From: Bacteroidota bacterium
Lineage (GTDB): Bacteria > Bacteroidota > Bacteroidia > UBA4408
Direction of reading: 5' to 3'
NCBI GenBank assembly: GCA_040385525.1
Contig: JAZKHE010000004.1
Location: 35,357-99,356 of the forward strand
Length of the DNA: 64,000 bases
The notes under the pieces were generated by a model, which had not been told where the DNA came from, made no database searches, and saw only the letters and a program-made list of their open reading frames with translations. How positions within the stretch are numbered: the first letter of the stretch is position 1; each line of letters starts with the position of its first letter. Both the position numbers and the translations under genes were made by a program. Below are positions 1 to 9,218 of the stretch, piece by piece.

Positions 1-1365
1 ATTTGTATAACTAGTTGTACTTTGAACAATATTTATTTCTGGAGTTAATGCAGCTGCACCAATACCTGTAATATTAAATAGATATGGATTTTCGTCAGCA
101 TCATCGCTACTTAAAGAAAGAACACCAGTAAAAGTTCCTGCAGTTGTTGGAGTAAACTCTACTGAAAACGTTAAAACATCGCCAGCTGCAACAGTAGCAG
201 GAATTGGCGCTCCGTTTACTACGTATTCTGAACCACCCGTAAATGAAGCAGTTGTTAAATTTAATGGCGCTATTCCTAAATTTTGAACAGCAAATGTTGT
301 TACAACTGTTGTAGAAGTAACTACTGTGCCAAAATTATACGTCGAATTATTTAAATAATTTGTAGCTCCGCTTATTATATTTATTTCTGGCGCCGGAACA
401 TTCCCCACACCTGTAACATTAAACAAATAAGGGTTTTCATCTGTATCATCACTTGATATAGAAAGAACTCCAGTAAAAGTTCCTGCAGATGTTGGCGTAA
501 ACTCAACTGAGAAAGTTAAAACACCACCAGCTGCTATTGTTGCAGGAATTGGAGCTCCATTAACTATATACTCTGAGCCACCAGTAAACGAAGCGGTTGT
601 TAAATTTAATGTTGCTAAACCTAAATTTTGAACTGCAAATGTTGTAACTACTGTTGTTGAAGTAACTACCGTACCAAAACTGTAAGTTGAATTGTTTAAA
701 TAATTTGTTGAACCACTAGCGATATTAATTTCTGGTGCAGAAACGGTAGATGTTGCAGAAAACTTTATGTTATCAAATCTATTATTTCCCGTTGCTGATG
801 ATGCTCCACTTACAGTTAGTTTTACATAAACATTAGCCTGATTATCTAAAGCTGTTACACTTGAAAAATCAACACTTTGAGAACTATATGTTGTAACATT
901 TCTACCGCTAATAGTTGTAAATGTTGTAAAAGTTGTACCATCTGTGCTATACGCCCAATCATGTGTTGTAAAGCCAGTTGCCGTTCCTCTAGTGTCGTAA
1001 TTTAAAATTAAGTTTTCGTAATTGGTAGTTGATAATTTAAATACAATACTTTTTCCGTTATAAGCGCTTAATACATTAACTAAAGATAAAGCACCTGTAG
1101 TTGTTGTAACACTACACAAACTTGTAGAAGGAATAACTCCGCCAAAAAAAACTTTACTTGTTGCATCAGTCCAGTTATCTGAGCCATTAGTACCATCGGC
1201 ATAAACTGTGGCTGTACTAATCATTCCACACTCACTAGTAATACTGCTAGGTGCATTTCCTGACGTTGTTGGAAATGTCCAGCCTGCTAATACATCTTGT
1301 GCCTGCGCATTATTTAAAAACACAACAGATACTGTTAGCAATAAAAATAAGTAGATTTTTTTCAT
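1..1365 (-). CDS. Partial gene (N-terminal ~455 aa; the 3' end runs past the window start). Large secreted surface protein with a signal peptide, a jelly-roll-like N-terminal domain, then tandem ~120-aa Ig-like (choice-of-anchor-D/ASH-like) repeats.
   Basis: ATG at 1363-1365 (minus) gives MKKIYLFLLLTVSVVFLNNAQA, a signal peptide. The reading frame stays open to position 1. Nucleotides 1-360 and 361-720 are ~80% identical tandem copies encoding PEINI...G...F...N.G...L beta-sandwich repeats. The N-terminal domain resembles those of the three downstream paralogs. Confidence 0.6.
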   Translation of the reverse strand, partial: MKKIYLFLLLTVSVVFLNNAQAQDVLAGWTFPTTSGNAPSSITSECGMISTATVYADGTNGSDNWTDATSKVFFGGVIPSTSLCSVTTTTGALSLVNVLSAYNGKSIVFKLSTTNYENLILNYDTRGTATGFTTHDWAYSTDGTTFTTFTTISGRNVTTYSSQSVDFSSVTALDNQANVYVKLTVSGASSATGNNRFDNIKFSATSTVSAPEINIASGSTNYLNNSTYSFGTVVTSTTVVTTFAVQNLGLATLNLTTASFTGGSEYIVNGAPIPATIAAGGVLTFSVEFTPTSAGTFTGVLSISSDDTDENPYLFNVTGVGNVPAPEINIISGATNYLNNSTYNFGTVVTSTTVVTTFAVQNLGIAPLNLTTASFTGGSEYVVNGAPIPATVAAGDVLTFSVEFTPTTAGTFTGVLSLSSDDADENPYLFNITGIGAAALTPEINIVQSTTSYTN

Positions 1366-1384
1366 TTTATAATTTAATTTTAAT

Positions 1385-4300
1385 TTATATAACTATTATT
1401 CTTTGTGATACTAATTCGTTTTTTGATTTTACTTTAACAAAGTACACTCCTTTTGCTAATTGAAGCGTATTAATGTAAATAGATTTTTGTCCTGTATACG
1501 TTTGATTAAGAACAGCTTTACCAATTTGATCAATAATACTCACCTCAACTATTTCGTTTTCATCAATTAATTGAAGGTTAACATATACATCTTTACCCAA
1601 CTCAACTGGGTTTGGAAAAATATAAATGCTATTATTTAAATCGAAGTTAACGCTACGTATGTCTGAAAAAGTAATAGCTCCATTTGCATCAACTATTTTT
1701 AATTTATAATAGTTAATACCGATTTGCGGAGAATTATCTATTGTAAAATAATCTTTACTAGCTAAAAACTTATTACTTGTTTTAACAGATTCATTTAATT
1801 CAAAACTTTCTCCATCGGTTGAAGTCCAAATTTCAAAATAATTTATTTTATTGTTGTTTGATACCGACCAAGATAAATCTACGTTAGCACCATTTTTTAC
1901 TGCTTCAAATTTATTTACTACAATTGGTAAAGGATTTAAAATACTTATTGAACCTAAAGTAAATGGACTGAAAGATGTAACAACTCCAGATGTAACTATA
2001 GTTCCTGTTGTTGTATTACCTGTTGTACCACCATTACCATGATCTCTCCACAATAAACCATCCCATCTTGCAACTAATAAATCTGCTAAAGTTGTTACTC
2101 CACAACTACGAGGTGTATCCCAACTTAAATCAACACTAACATTTGATGTTCCGTTTGTTCTATTAATTATCCAATGTTCGCAAATACTTAAGTGATCTAT
2201 TGTAATATCTTTTAAAGTATTATCGTAAGTTGGATGCGGATTAACATCAAAATATTCAGCCGTAAAATGATCGGTTACTACACCTGGCGCAGTAATACCC
2301 GCTGGGGCATAAACACTTGTTTTACCTATTGGGAAAGTAAATGCATCGTTACCAATTTTACGAACTGGACCATTTGTAAAACTTAAGTTTGAAGCACCAA
2401 CTGCTGTTGCTCCATCTCTAAAAATTAACAAATTAGTAAGTGTAGAGTTTATTAAACCTGTTGTGTAAGATGCTATTTGCTCTACTTCGGCAGTGTAATT
2501 TAAAGTTACTGCTCCACCAGTTTTATTTACGCCAATATTTGCAAACACTTCATTAAAACTATTTGTGTTTACACTTTGATTTAATGATTGTACAAAATTA
2601 ATAGTGCCATTTCCTTGTACGAAAGCCGCCTCAGAAAAATTGTTTGTCCAATTACCTTGTAAATTAATTGTTCCATCTTGTACTGATGTGCCTGCATCCA
2701 TATCTATACTTCCGTCTACAGTGTTGTTTATTGTTAAATCACCAAATATATCTAATCTGTCAGCAATATCTCCAGAATTAGTAGCTCCATTTCCAAACTC
2801 AAGCGCTTTTCCATCAATTGTTAATGTTTTACAAACGGCCATACGTACTCCCCCAACTAAATATTTATCTGAAGTAAAACTGCCTGCGCAACCAGTTAAA
2901 GCATAACCATCAACATCTATACGCGAAAAAGTTGATGCACTTGTAGGAATTACTACATCTAACAAGTTATCTGGAACAACAAGCCCCTCCCAGTTACCAC
3001 AAGTAAACCAATCTGTTTTATTTGTAGGTGCATCTCCTACCCAATAACCTGGTAAATTACCACCAGTAATTGTAAAAGTTGTACTTGAAACTGCTGCCGG
3101 GATTGAAGCAGCAACAGTTGATGTAGTCCAATTTACAACATTACCAATTGAGCCTAGCAAAGTTCTTTTAGAACCAATGTGTACTTCTGTGGTTTTATAA
3201 TAAGCAATATCTAATTGTGATAAGTTTAGGAAATTAAAACATTCCAAATCTGGATGTAATCTAGAAACACGAGTTGCACCACCTGTACCACCATTAGAAA
3301 CAGCTGTGTTAAAAGGAACCCAATCTGCTCCATTAGTTAAGCCATATAATACTTGACCATTAAGTTGAACATTATTTGTGCCTAAACCAGTGAATGTGCC
3401 TTGTACTAAATATAATTGATCGGGCTCGGAACCAGAAATGTTTGGAGGACCTCCAGTAGTAGAAAGATTAAAATTTGTTACAACATTAGCACCATCATTA
3501 ATTGAAATCACGCTTGCTCCTGTAGTAGTTGTTTCAAATCTTATAACACTTCCTGCTGGAATTGTAGAAGCTGTAGTTTTAAGCTGAATATTTAAAATAG
3601 CAGGATCAGCATCTGGATCATCACCAGGCCCTCCCCAATGCATTGTTCTTGTGCAAGCAGCTGCCCCTGTTTCAAACCTTGAGTTAACGTGAGCAAAAGA
3701 AGTTCCTGGTAAAATATCTACCATGTTCATAATATAAATTGCATCCTCAGCACTTCCATTTGTACAGTCATAACCAATATAAACTAAATCGCCTGGTCTA
3801 AATATTGTTGTAGCTATCAATACTGAACCACTTAAACTTACTGTTAAAGATGTTGCTCCAGTACTTGTTAAACCAATACTACCAGTATAAGTATTAACAC
3901 TTAAACCTGAAATTAATTGAACATAAATAGGTGTTGAAGCAACAGTACCTGAAGAAGGCGATAATGAAATAGATGATGAAAATGGACCACCAGCTGATGT
4001 GGAAATTTGATAATTTGTTGATGCAGTTAAAACTATATCTGTAGTTAAATTATATCCTGCTGCAGTAAACGATTGAACAGCAGAAGGGCCAAAACCATCT
4101 ATATAATTAAATGAAGTTAAAGATAATGGCGATGCTGATATTGAAGGTGTTGTTGAATTGCAATATACATTAACATTATCTATTCTCCAATAAGATGTAG
4201 TACTTGATACTTTTTGAAACCTAATATAAACCGTTGCAAAACCTGTGTATGCGGATAAATCAACACTACAAGGTGTTGTACCTGCAGATGTTGTGTTACT

Positions 4301-6157
4301 ATGGTCAAAAGTATTAACCGTAACAAAGCCTGCAGTTTGACTTGTTGTAGATATTTGTATATTTAAATCTTTGGCTGTTGTATTTGCTGAACGAGTTAAG
4401 TCGAATGATAAACTTGTTGGATTGGCTATTGCAATTGTTACTAATTCGCCATTATTAGCAGCCATTTCTGCATAAACGCCAGCAAAAGTTGTACTTGTTG
4501 AAACCCATCCAGCAGGAATACTTGCTGCTGAAAATGTTTCGCTTAAACAAGGCCCTGCAGAAACAGTAAGTGTAGAAGCTCCATTTGATGTAACTGAGCC
4601 GCAAGCATTAACAGCATTAACTCTATATGCATATCCACTCATTGTTAAATCTGGATTTGTTACTGTTAATACTGCCGTTGTTGCTCCAGAATAAAATCCT
4701 CCATTTGAAACTGGATTCCAACCAAAACCTGTGTTTACCTCCCAGGTGTAAGATAATAAAGAGCCGGCAGTTACTGCGCTAAAACTGGCAGAAGTTGATG
4801 GTGATGCAGTTGCTGAAACAGGTTGCGATGTAATTGTTGGTGCGACATTACCTGTACCCTGTATTACAAAATCATAGGTTCCTTCATCACTATCATCATT
4901 TGTAATAGTAAGAGTAGCAACTCTTGTACCTGAAGCTGAAGGATCGAAAGTTACACTAAATGTAGTTGTACTGCTTGCCGAAATGGTAGCAGGAAATGAA
5001 ATTCCTCCAACAGCAAAATCAGCTGCTGCTGCTCCAGTAAACGAAATGGTAGTAACATTTAACGTAGCAGCTCCCGTATTTTGTATAGTGTAAATATTTG
5101 TAATGGTGCCTGAACTTTCGCAAACAGTTGTAAAACTTGTTAAATCTGTAGATGAAGGAGTAACATCGCCATCAGCAATTGAATTACCATTACCTTGAAT
5201 GTTTATTTCGGGTTGAGTTGGAGTTACAGTTCCTGTTAAAGCAACAGTTAAAGAAGTTGCACCTGTGCTTGTTAAACCAATACTACCAGTATATGTATTT
5301 ACACTTAAGCCAGAAACTAAACGCGTAAAAATTGGCGTAGATGCTACAGTACCAGATGTATGCGTTAAGGTTAATGATGTTGAAAAAGGACCACCACTAG
5401 CGGTTGCAATTTCAAAATTTGTTGGAGCAGCTAATACAATATCGTTAGTTAAATTGCTTCCACTAGTTGTAAAAGATTGCACTCCTGACGGACCACTACC
5501 AACAACATAGGTAAAACCTGTTAAACTTGATGGAGAAGCTGTTATTGTCGGAGATGGCGCACCGCAAGTACCTTTTAAAACAATATCATCTAGCCTACAT
5601 GCTATAGTGCCAGATTTTGTAAACCTAAGTCTTAATCCATTAATTTGCGCTCCTACTGGTAATGAAATACCAGATATTAAATACCAACCCGCTGCACTTG
5701 CAGATGTAGGTAATCCAGTTAATGTTACAGGTTGATACGCACTACCATCCCAATAATGTAAAGCAAAAGTAGCAAATGCAATACCTGCTGCACCTTCTTT
5801 TCTAACAGCAAAATCAATTGTTAAACTTGTACAAGCCGAAGCATCTATTCCTTCAATTGCAAAACCATATTGTCCTGATGTTGAAACAAACCAAACATTT
5901 GCCCCACCACTTGCACCTGAATATCCTGAAGAAACGCTAGTAGCTCTTAAATCACCTGGATTTGTAGCACCTCCAGCTGTCATAGTATATGTATCATTAT
6001 CAAAACCATTTGCAGTCTCATGTGCTGCAATAGTAGTAGTCGCTCCAACAGTACCTAGGCTTTCTGTGAAAATCGTAGTCTGCCCAAAGCCATTAAAACT
6101 CAATAAAACAAAAATTGCATTGAGCAATAAAAATCGAAGTATGCCGTTGTTTTTCAT
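1385..6157 (-). CDS. Very large (~1590 aa) secreted T9SS cargo protein. N-terminal MAM/jelly-roll-like domain, internal duplicated ~110-aa Ig-like domains, choice-of-anchor-D-like domain, and a C-terminal Por/T9SS sorting domain.
   Basis: ORF 1385-6238. Likely start is the internal Met at 6157 (MKNNGILRFLLLNAIFVLLSFNGFGQ, signal peptide). C-terminus ...FPNPVELGKDVYVNL...KGVYFVKVKSKNELVSQRIIVI is a typical T9SS CTD. Repeated block TYTGSIGLTSTGATSLTV appears twice. Confidence 0.8.
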   Translation of the reverse strand: MKNNGILRFLLLNAIFVLLSFNGFGQTTIFTESLGTVGATTTIAAHETANGFDNDTYTMTAGGATNPGDLRATSVSSGYSGASGGANVWFVSTSGQYGFAIEGIDASACTSLTIDFAVRKEGAAGIAFATFALHYWDGSAYQPVTLTGLPTSASAAGWYLISGISLPVGAQINGLRLRFTKSGTIACRLDDIVLKGTCGAPSPTITASPSSLTGFTYVVGSGPSGVQSFTTSGSNLTNDIVLAAPTNFEIATASGGPFSTSLTLTHTSGTVASTPIFTRLVSGLSVNTYTGSIGLTSTGATSLTVALTGTVTPTQPEINIQGNGNSIADGDVTPSSTDLTSFTTVCESSGTITNIYTIQNTGAATLNVTTISFTGAAAADFAVGGISFPATISASSTTTFSVTFDPSASGTRVATLTITNDDSDEGTYDFVIQGTGNVAPTITSQPVSATASPSTSASFSAVTAGSLLSYTWEVNTGFGWNPVSNGGFYSGATTAVLTVTNPDLTMSGYAYRVNAVNACGSVTSNGASTLTVSAGPCLSETFSAASIPAGWVSTSTTFAGVYAEMAANNGELVTIAIANPTSLSFDLTRSANTTAKDLNIQISTTSQTAGFVTVNTFDHSNTTSAGTTPCSVDLSAYTGFATVYIRFQKVSSTTSYWRIDNVNVYCNSTTPSISASPLSLTSFNYIDGFGPSAVQSFTAAGYNLTTDIVLTASTNYQISTSAGGPFSSSISLSPSSGTVASTPIYVQLISGLSVNTYTGSIGLTSTGATSLTVSLSGSVLIATTIFRPGDLVYIGYDCTNGSAEDAIYIMNMVDILPGTSFAHVNSRFETGAAACTRTMHWGGPGDDPDADPAILNIQLKTTASTIPAGSVIRFETTTTGASVISINDGANVVTNFNLSTTGGPPNISGSEPDQLYLVQGTFTGLGTNNVQLNGQVLYGLTNGADWVPFNTAVSNGGTGGATRVSRLHPDLECFNFLNLSQLDIAYYKTTEVHIGSKRTLLGSIGNVVNWTTSTVAASIPAAVSSTTFTITGGNLPGYWVGDAPTNKTDWFTCGNWEGLVVPDNLLDVVIPTSASTFSRIDVDGYALTGCAGSFTSDKYLVGGVRMAVCKTLTIDGKALEFGNGATNSGDIADRLDIFGDLTINNTVDGSIDMDAGTSVQDGTINLQGNWTNNFSEAAFVQGNGTINFVQSLNQSVNTNSFNEVFANIGVNKTGGAVTLNYTAEVEQIASYTTGLINSTLTNLLIFRDGATAVGASNLSFTNGPVRKIGNDAFTFPIGKTSVYAPAGITAPGVVTDHFTAEYFDVNPHPTYDNTLKDITIDHLSICEHWIINRTNGTSNVSVDLSWDTPRSCGVTTLADLLVARWDGLLWRDHGNGGTTGNTTTGTIVTSGVVTSFSPFTLGSISILNPLPIVVNKFEAVKNGANVDLSWSVSNNNKINYFEIWTSTDGESFELNESVKTSNKFLASKDYFTIDNSPQIGINYYKLKIVDANGAITFSDIRSVNFDLNNSIYIFPNPVELGKDVYVNLQLIDENEIVEVSIIDQIGKAVLNQTYTGQKSIYINTLQLAKGVYFVKVKSKNELVSQRIIVI

Positions 6158-6180
6158 TGTATATTTTTTTAAAAATAATA

Positions 6181-6286
6181 ACATTAAAACATTACAGCGG
6201 TTCAGACAATTCCAAATTTTATACATTTTGGAACTCATGTAGGGTGTTCGCTTGCGTTAAAATAACCTATACAAAAGTATAGCTTA
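6181..6286 (-). promoter_or_regulatory. Conserved promoter plus ~105-nt 5' leader (copy A) upstream of the T9SS cargo gene 1385-6157. Contains a Bacteroidetes-type -33 TTG / -7 TACTTTTG and conserved hairpins.
   Basis: ~85% identical to 9080-9182, which sits upstream of paralog 6377-9058. On the coding strand: TTG, 16 nt, TAcTTTTG. The -7 box lies inside the perfect palindrome CTATAC-AAAA-GTATAG. Conserved hairpin TTCCAAA..TTTGGAA shows loop covariation. Confidence 0.55.
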
Positions 6287-6376
6287 CATTGTTTAACCAA
6301 GTTAAATTAATATTAATAATTTACAAAGTCAAGTTTTGTTGAAAACAAATAATATTTTTAAAGAAAAACACATATC

Positions 6377-9058
6377 TTATTTATTGATTATGAATGATTT
6401 AGATAATAACATTAGCTTTTTAGAATCAAACCCATTAAGATGGTAAATTCCATTTTTAAAGTTTAATAAATCTATTGTTAAATTGTTTTTACCTGTATTT
6501 ATGCTAAATTCTTTTTCATAGATTTTATTCGCTAAAACATCTGAAACAATTAGTGTAATTTGTGAACTCTCTTTACTAAAAAAATATAAATTTAAAACGT
6601 TAGTTGCAGGGTTCGGAAAAAGAACTAAATCTTCAACTAAATTAATTGCTTTGTAATGTACTGATATAAGCTCAGAATAGTTTAACTCGCCATTAAAATC
6701 TGTACTTTTTAGTCTATAATAAATAAAGCCATCACTAATTTTTTTAGGTGTTATTGAATCGGTATATTCATATTTCTTATTCGATTTTGTTTTAACTTTA
6801 AAACTTTCTATTGGTAAAAAATCGAAACCATTTAAGGAGCTTTCTAAAGTAACATAATCTGTGTTTTTGGCTTCTTCAACTTGCCAATTTATTATTACAT
6901 TGTTATTATTTTGTTGCGCATTAAAATTATTTAGTACAATTGGTAAAATAGCATCGTTACGTGTGTACCAAATTGGTGAAGTAAAAACTTTGTTTCCATC
7001 GGGTTGAGTAATAACAATGTAATAATAATAAGTTTCGCCATTTGCTATAGAGTGTGTGTAGTTAAGCGTGCTACTATTTGTATTAGCTGTTAATTGAGTT
7101 GCTAAAACACCACTACTAGGCACACCATAAAATACTGCGATTGAAGAAACTGTTTCTGCATCATTGTCGGTAACAGAAACAGAAATGGTTGGATTTCCAG
7201 AATTTGAAAAAATAGAACCTAAAACTTGTCCATTTATTGTATAATTTACTTTTAAATTCCAATCATCTGAAGCATACATACGCATACTTTTAACAGCATC
7301 TAAAACACTGTTTTGAGAGAGTTCTGTGGCTAAAATTACTAATCTACTTTGGGCAGTTCTACCAAAGGTTGTGTAATGATTATCATGATCTAAACCAGCA
7401 CCTAAGTGATAGCCTCTACTTAGTGCTTCTTTATACCTAATTTCATAACTAAAATTAGAAGGATTTGTATAAGTTGTGTTGGTTGAAAAAGCGGGCCCAC
7501 TCCTTATTGCACAACCTACAATAGCACTATCGTTTGTGGCATTATAATTTTTAAAAAACAAACTATCATAATCTGTATTTTCTGGATGAGCAAAATACGC
7601 AAAAGCTTTACCTGTAGGATAACGAGCAATTTTTTTAAACAAATCGTTGTAATTATCTATAGCGTTAAACACATCGTAGTTTCCTGCTTCCCAACCTATT
7701 AACTGATCATAACCATAAACTAAAACATGGCCTCCTTGGCTAATTACACCCCATTCCATTCCATAAAGTGCTACAAACGTCCCGTTAATTGTTGCTAACG
7801 AAGCTTCTTGTAAGCCATCAGCATAGCGTGGCAAACTCATTCCTGCACCAGAATGATTATGCTCTGAAATACCTAAAAAATCAAAGTTTTGAGAAGTTTT
7901 TGCATAATCGTAAGATTCTGCTGGGCAATCATATAGTATATTGTTTTCCTGATTTCCGTCAGAATAAGCTGTATGCGCGTGAATATTGCCAAAATAATAA
8001 TTATAATTAACAACAGCAGAAATTACTGAACCACTAGCATTTATAAATATTGTAGTAGCTCCTGCAGAATTTAATTCAATTACATCTGCATAATTTCCAA
8101 CACTTAACCCTGATACTAATCGAATATAAATAATAGTATTAGCAACACTTCCGGCTGTTTGCGTTAAAGTTAAACTGCTTACAAAACCAGTTGTAGAATT
8201 AGTAGATATTTCAAAATTTAAAGGTGCTAAAATTAGAATGTCAGTACTTAAGGTGCTACCACTAACCGTAAAAGTTTGCACAGCTGATGGTCCATTACCA
8301 ACAACGTAATTTAATGGAGTAATATTTTGTGGAGTTGCAAATATCTGAGGAGTTGGTAGTCCAAAACCAGCTGTTACAGAAACATTATCTATACCAATAC
8401 CTTGCGAACTAGAACCAGTAGTATTTAAATTCCAACGTAAATAAAAATTAGAAGAATTAGCTATGCTTAAACCTGTAATAGTTATTGCTGTTTTGTTTAT
8501 TGTAAGTTGCGGTGCAAAACTATAAGAACTTGCGCCAGTAGGAATTGAAGCAGAAGTAATATCACCTGCATTAACTGCCACCCAATTTGAACCATCTAAC
8601 GAATAATAAAACTCAACCGAAGCTATTGATGTATTTATTCTATAACGTTCTAAATCGTAGGCAATTGTAAGATCTGTTATTGCACTTGCATTATTGTTTT
8701 GATAAAAAGCCATAATGCTATTTGGACTAGCATAACTACCAGAAGTCATAATACCTAACGCTCTTTCTGTTGCAGAAGTTCCCCAGTTATATCTACCTCC
8801 AGCTGTTGGAGTTCCTGTTGATGCTTGTTGTGTAACATTAGTGAAATTGCCAGATGAAAGCCAAGTTGGAGCTACAGAACCAGCTGAACTAATTTTCCAG
8901 TTTGTTGGTAACGATGCAGTAGCGCTAGCTGCCATAGCATCAAAGTTTTCAATTACTGGTAATGTATTTATTATTGAAATTTGAGCCGAAGTAGTGGAAA
9001 AAAAGAAAACCAAAAAAACATTTAGCAAGTAAAACCGAAGATTACTGTTGATTTTCAT
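6377..9058 (-). CDS. Secreted T9SS cargo protein (~893 aa) with the shared N-terminal jelly-roll-like domain, an Ig-like domain, a PHP-type (CehA/McbA-like) metallophosphoesterase domain and a C-terminal T9SS sorting domain.
   Basis: Likely start Met at 9058 (MKINSNLRFYLLNVFLVFFFSTTSAQ). PHP motif GNIHAHTAYSDG...GISEHNH. C-terminus LFPNPATNVLNLYFF...NGIYHLNGF...FIINK. Confidence 0.75.
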   Translation of the reverse strand: MKINSNLRFYLLNVFLVFFFSTTSAQISIINTLPVIENFDAMAASATASLPTNWKISSAGSVAPTWLSSGNFTNVTQQASTGTPTAGGRYNWGTSATERALGIMTSGSYASPNSIMAFYQNNNASAITDLTIAYDLERYRINTSIASVEFYYSLDGSNWVAVNAGDITSASIPTGASSYSFAPQLTINKTAITITGLSIANSSNFYLRWNLNTTGSSSQGIGIDNVSVTAGFGLPTPQIFATPQNITPLNYVVGNGPSAVQTFTVSGSTLSTDILILAPLNFEISTNSTTGFVSSLTLTQTAGSVANTIIYIRLVSGLSVGNYADVIELNSAGATTIFINASGSVISAVVNYNYYFGNIHAHTAYSDGNQENNILYDCPAESYDYAKTSQNFDFLGISEHNHSGAGMSLPRYADGLQEASLATINGTFVALYGMEWGVISQGGHVLVYGYDQLIGWEAGNYDVFNAIDNYNDLFKKIARYPTGKAFAYFAHPENTDYDSLFFKNYNATNDSAIVGCAIRSGPAFSTNTTYTNPSNFSYEIRYKEALSRGYHLGAGLDHDNHYTTFGRTAQSRLVILATELSQNSVLDAVKSMRMYASDDWNLKVNYTINGQVLGSIFSNSGNPTISVSVTDNDAETVSSIAVFYGVPSSGVLATQLTANTNSSTLNYTHSIANGETYYYYIVITQPDGNKVFTSPIWYTRNDAILPIVLNNFNAQQNNNNVIINWQVEEAKNTDYVTLESSLNGFDFLPIESFKVKTKSNKKYEYTDSITPKKISDGFIYYRLKSTDFNGELNYSELISVHYKAINLVEDLVLFPNPATNVLNLYFFSKESSQITLIVSDVLANKIYEKEFSINTGKNNLTIDLLNFKNGIYHLNGFDSKKLMLLSKSFIINK

Positions 9059-9079
9059 TGTAGATTTAAAAAAATAATT

Positions 9080-9182
9080 TACACTAAAATATTCCAGCGG
9101 TTCAGATAATTCCAATATTTTGCATATTTGGAACTCATATAGGGTGTTCGCTTTTAATAAACTATACAAAAGTATAGCTTAG
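9080..9182 (-). promoter_or_regulatory. Conserved promoter/5' leader, copy B, paralogous to 6181-6286.
   Basis: Shares CCAGCGGTTCAGA.AATTCCAA...TTTGGAACTCAT.TAGGGTGTTCGCTT and CTATACAAAAGTATAGCTTA with copy A. The ATG of gene 6377-9058 is ~36 nt downstream, the same offset as in copy A. Confidence 0.55.
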
Positions 9183-9218
9183 ATTACCTAATCAATTTAG
9201 TATCAAGTTACTATTAAT

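Noticed and set aside
1251-1463. 70-aa plus-strand ORF spanning the gap between the first two surface-protein genes
   Set aside because: Antisense to, and overlapping, strong minus-strand genes and their intergenic junction. No support.
1851-5510. Several 60-100-aa plus-strand ORFs inside the 1617-aa gene (1851-2042, 2604-2906, 5265-5510)
   Set aside because: Antisense reading of Thr/Ser/Gly-rich coding sequence gives open frames by composition. No independent evidence.
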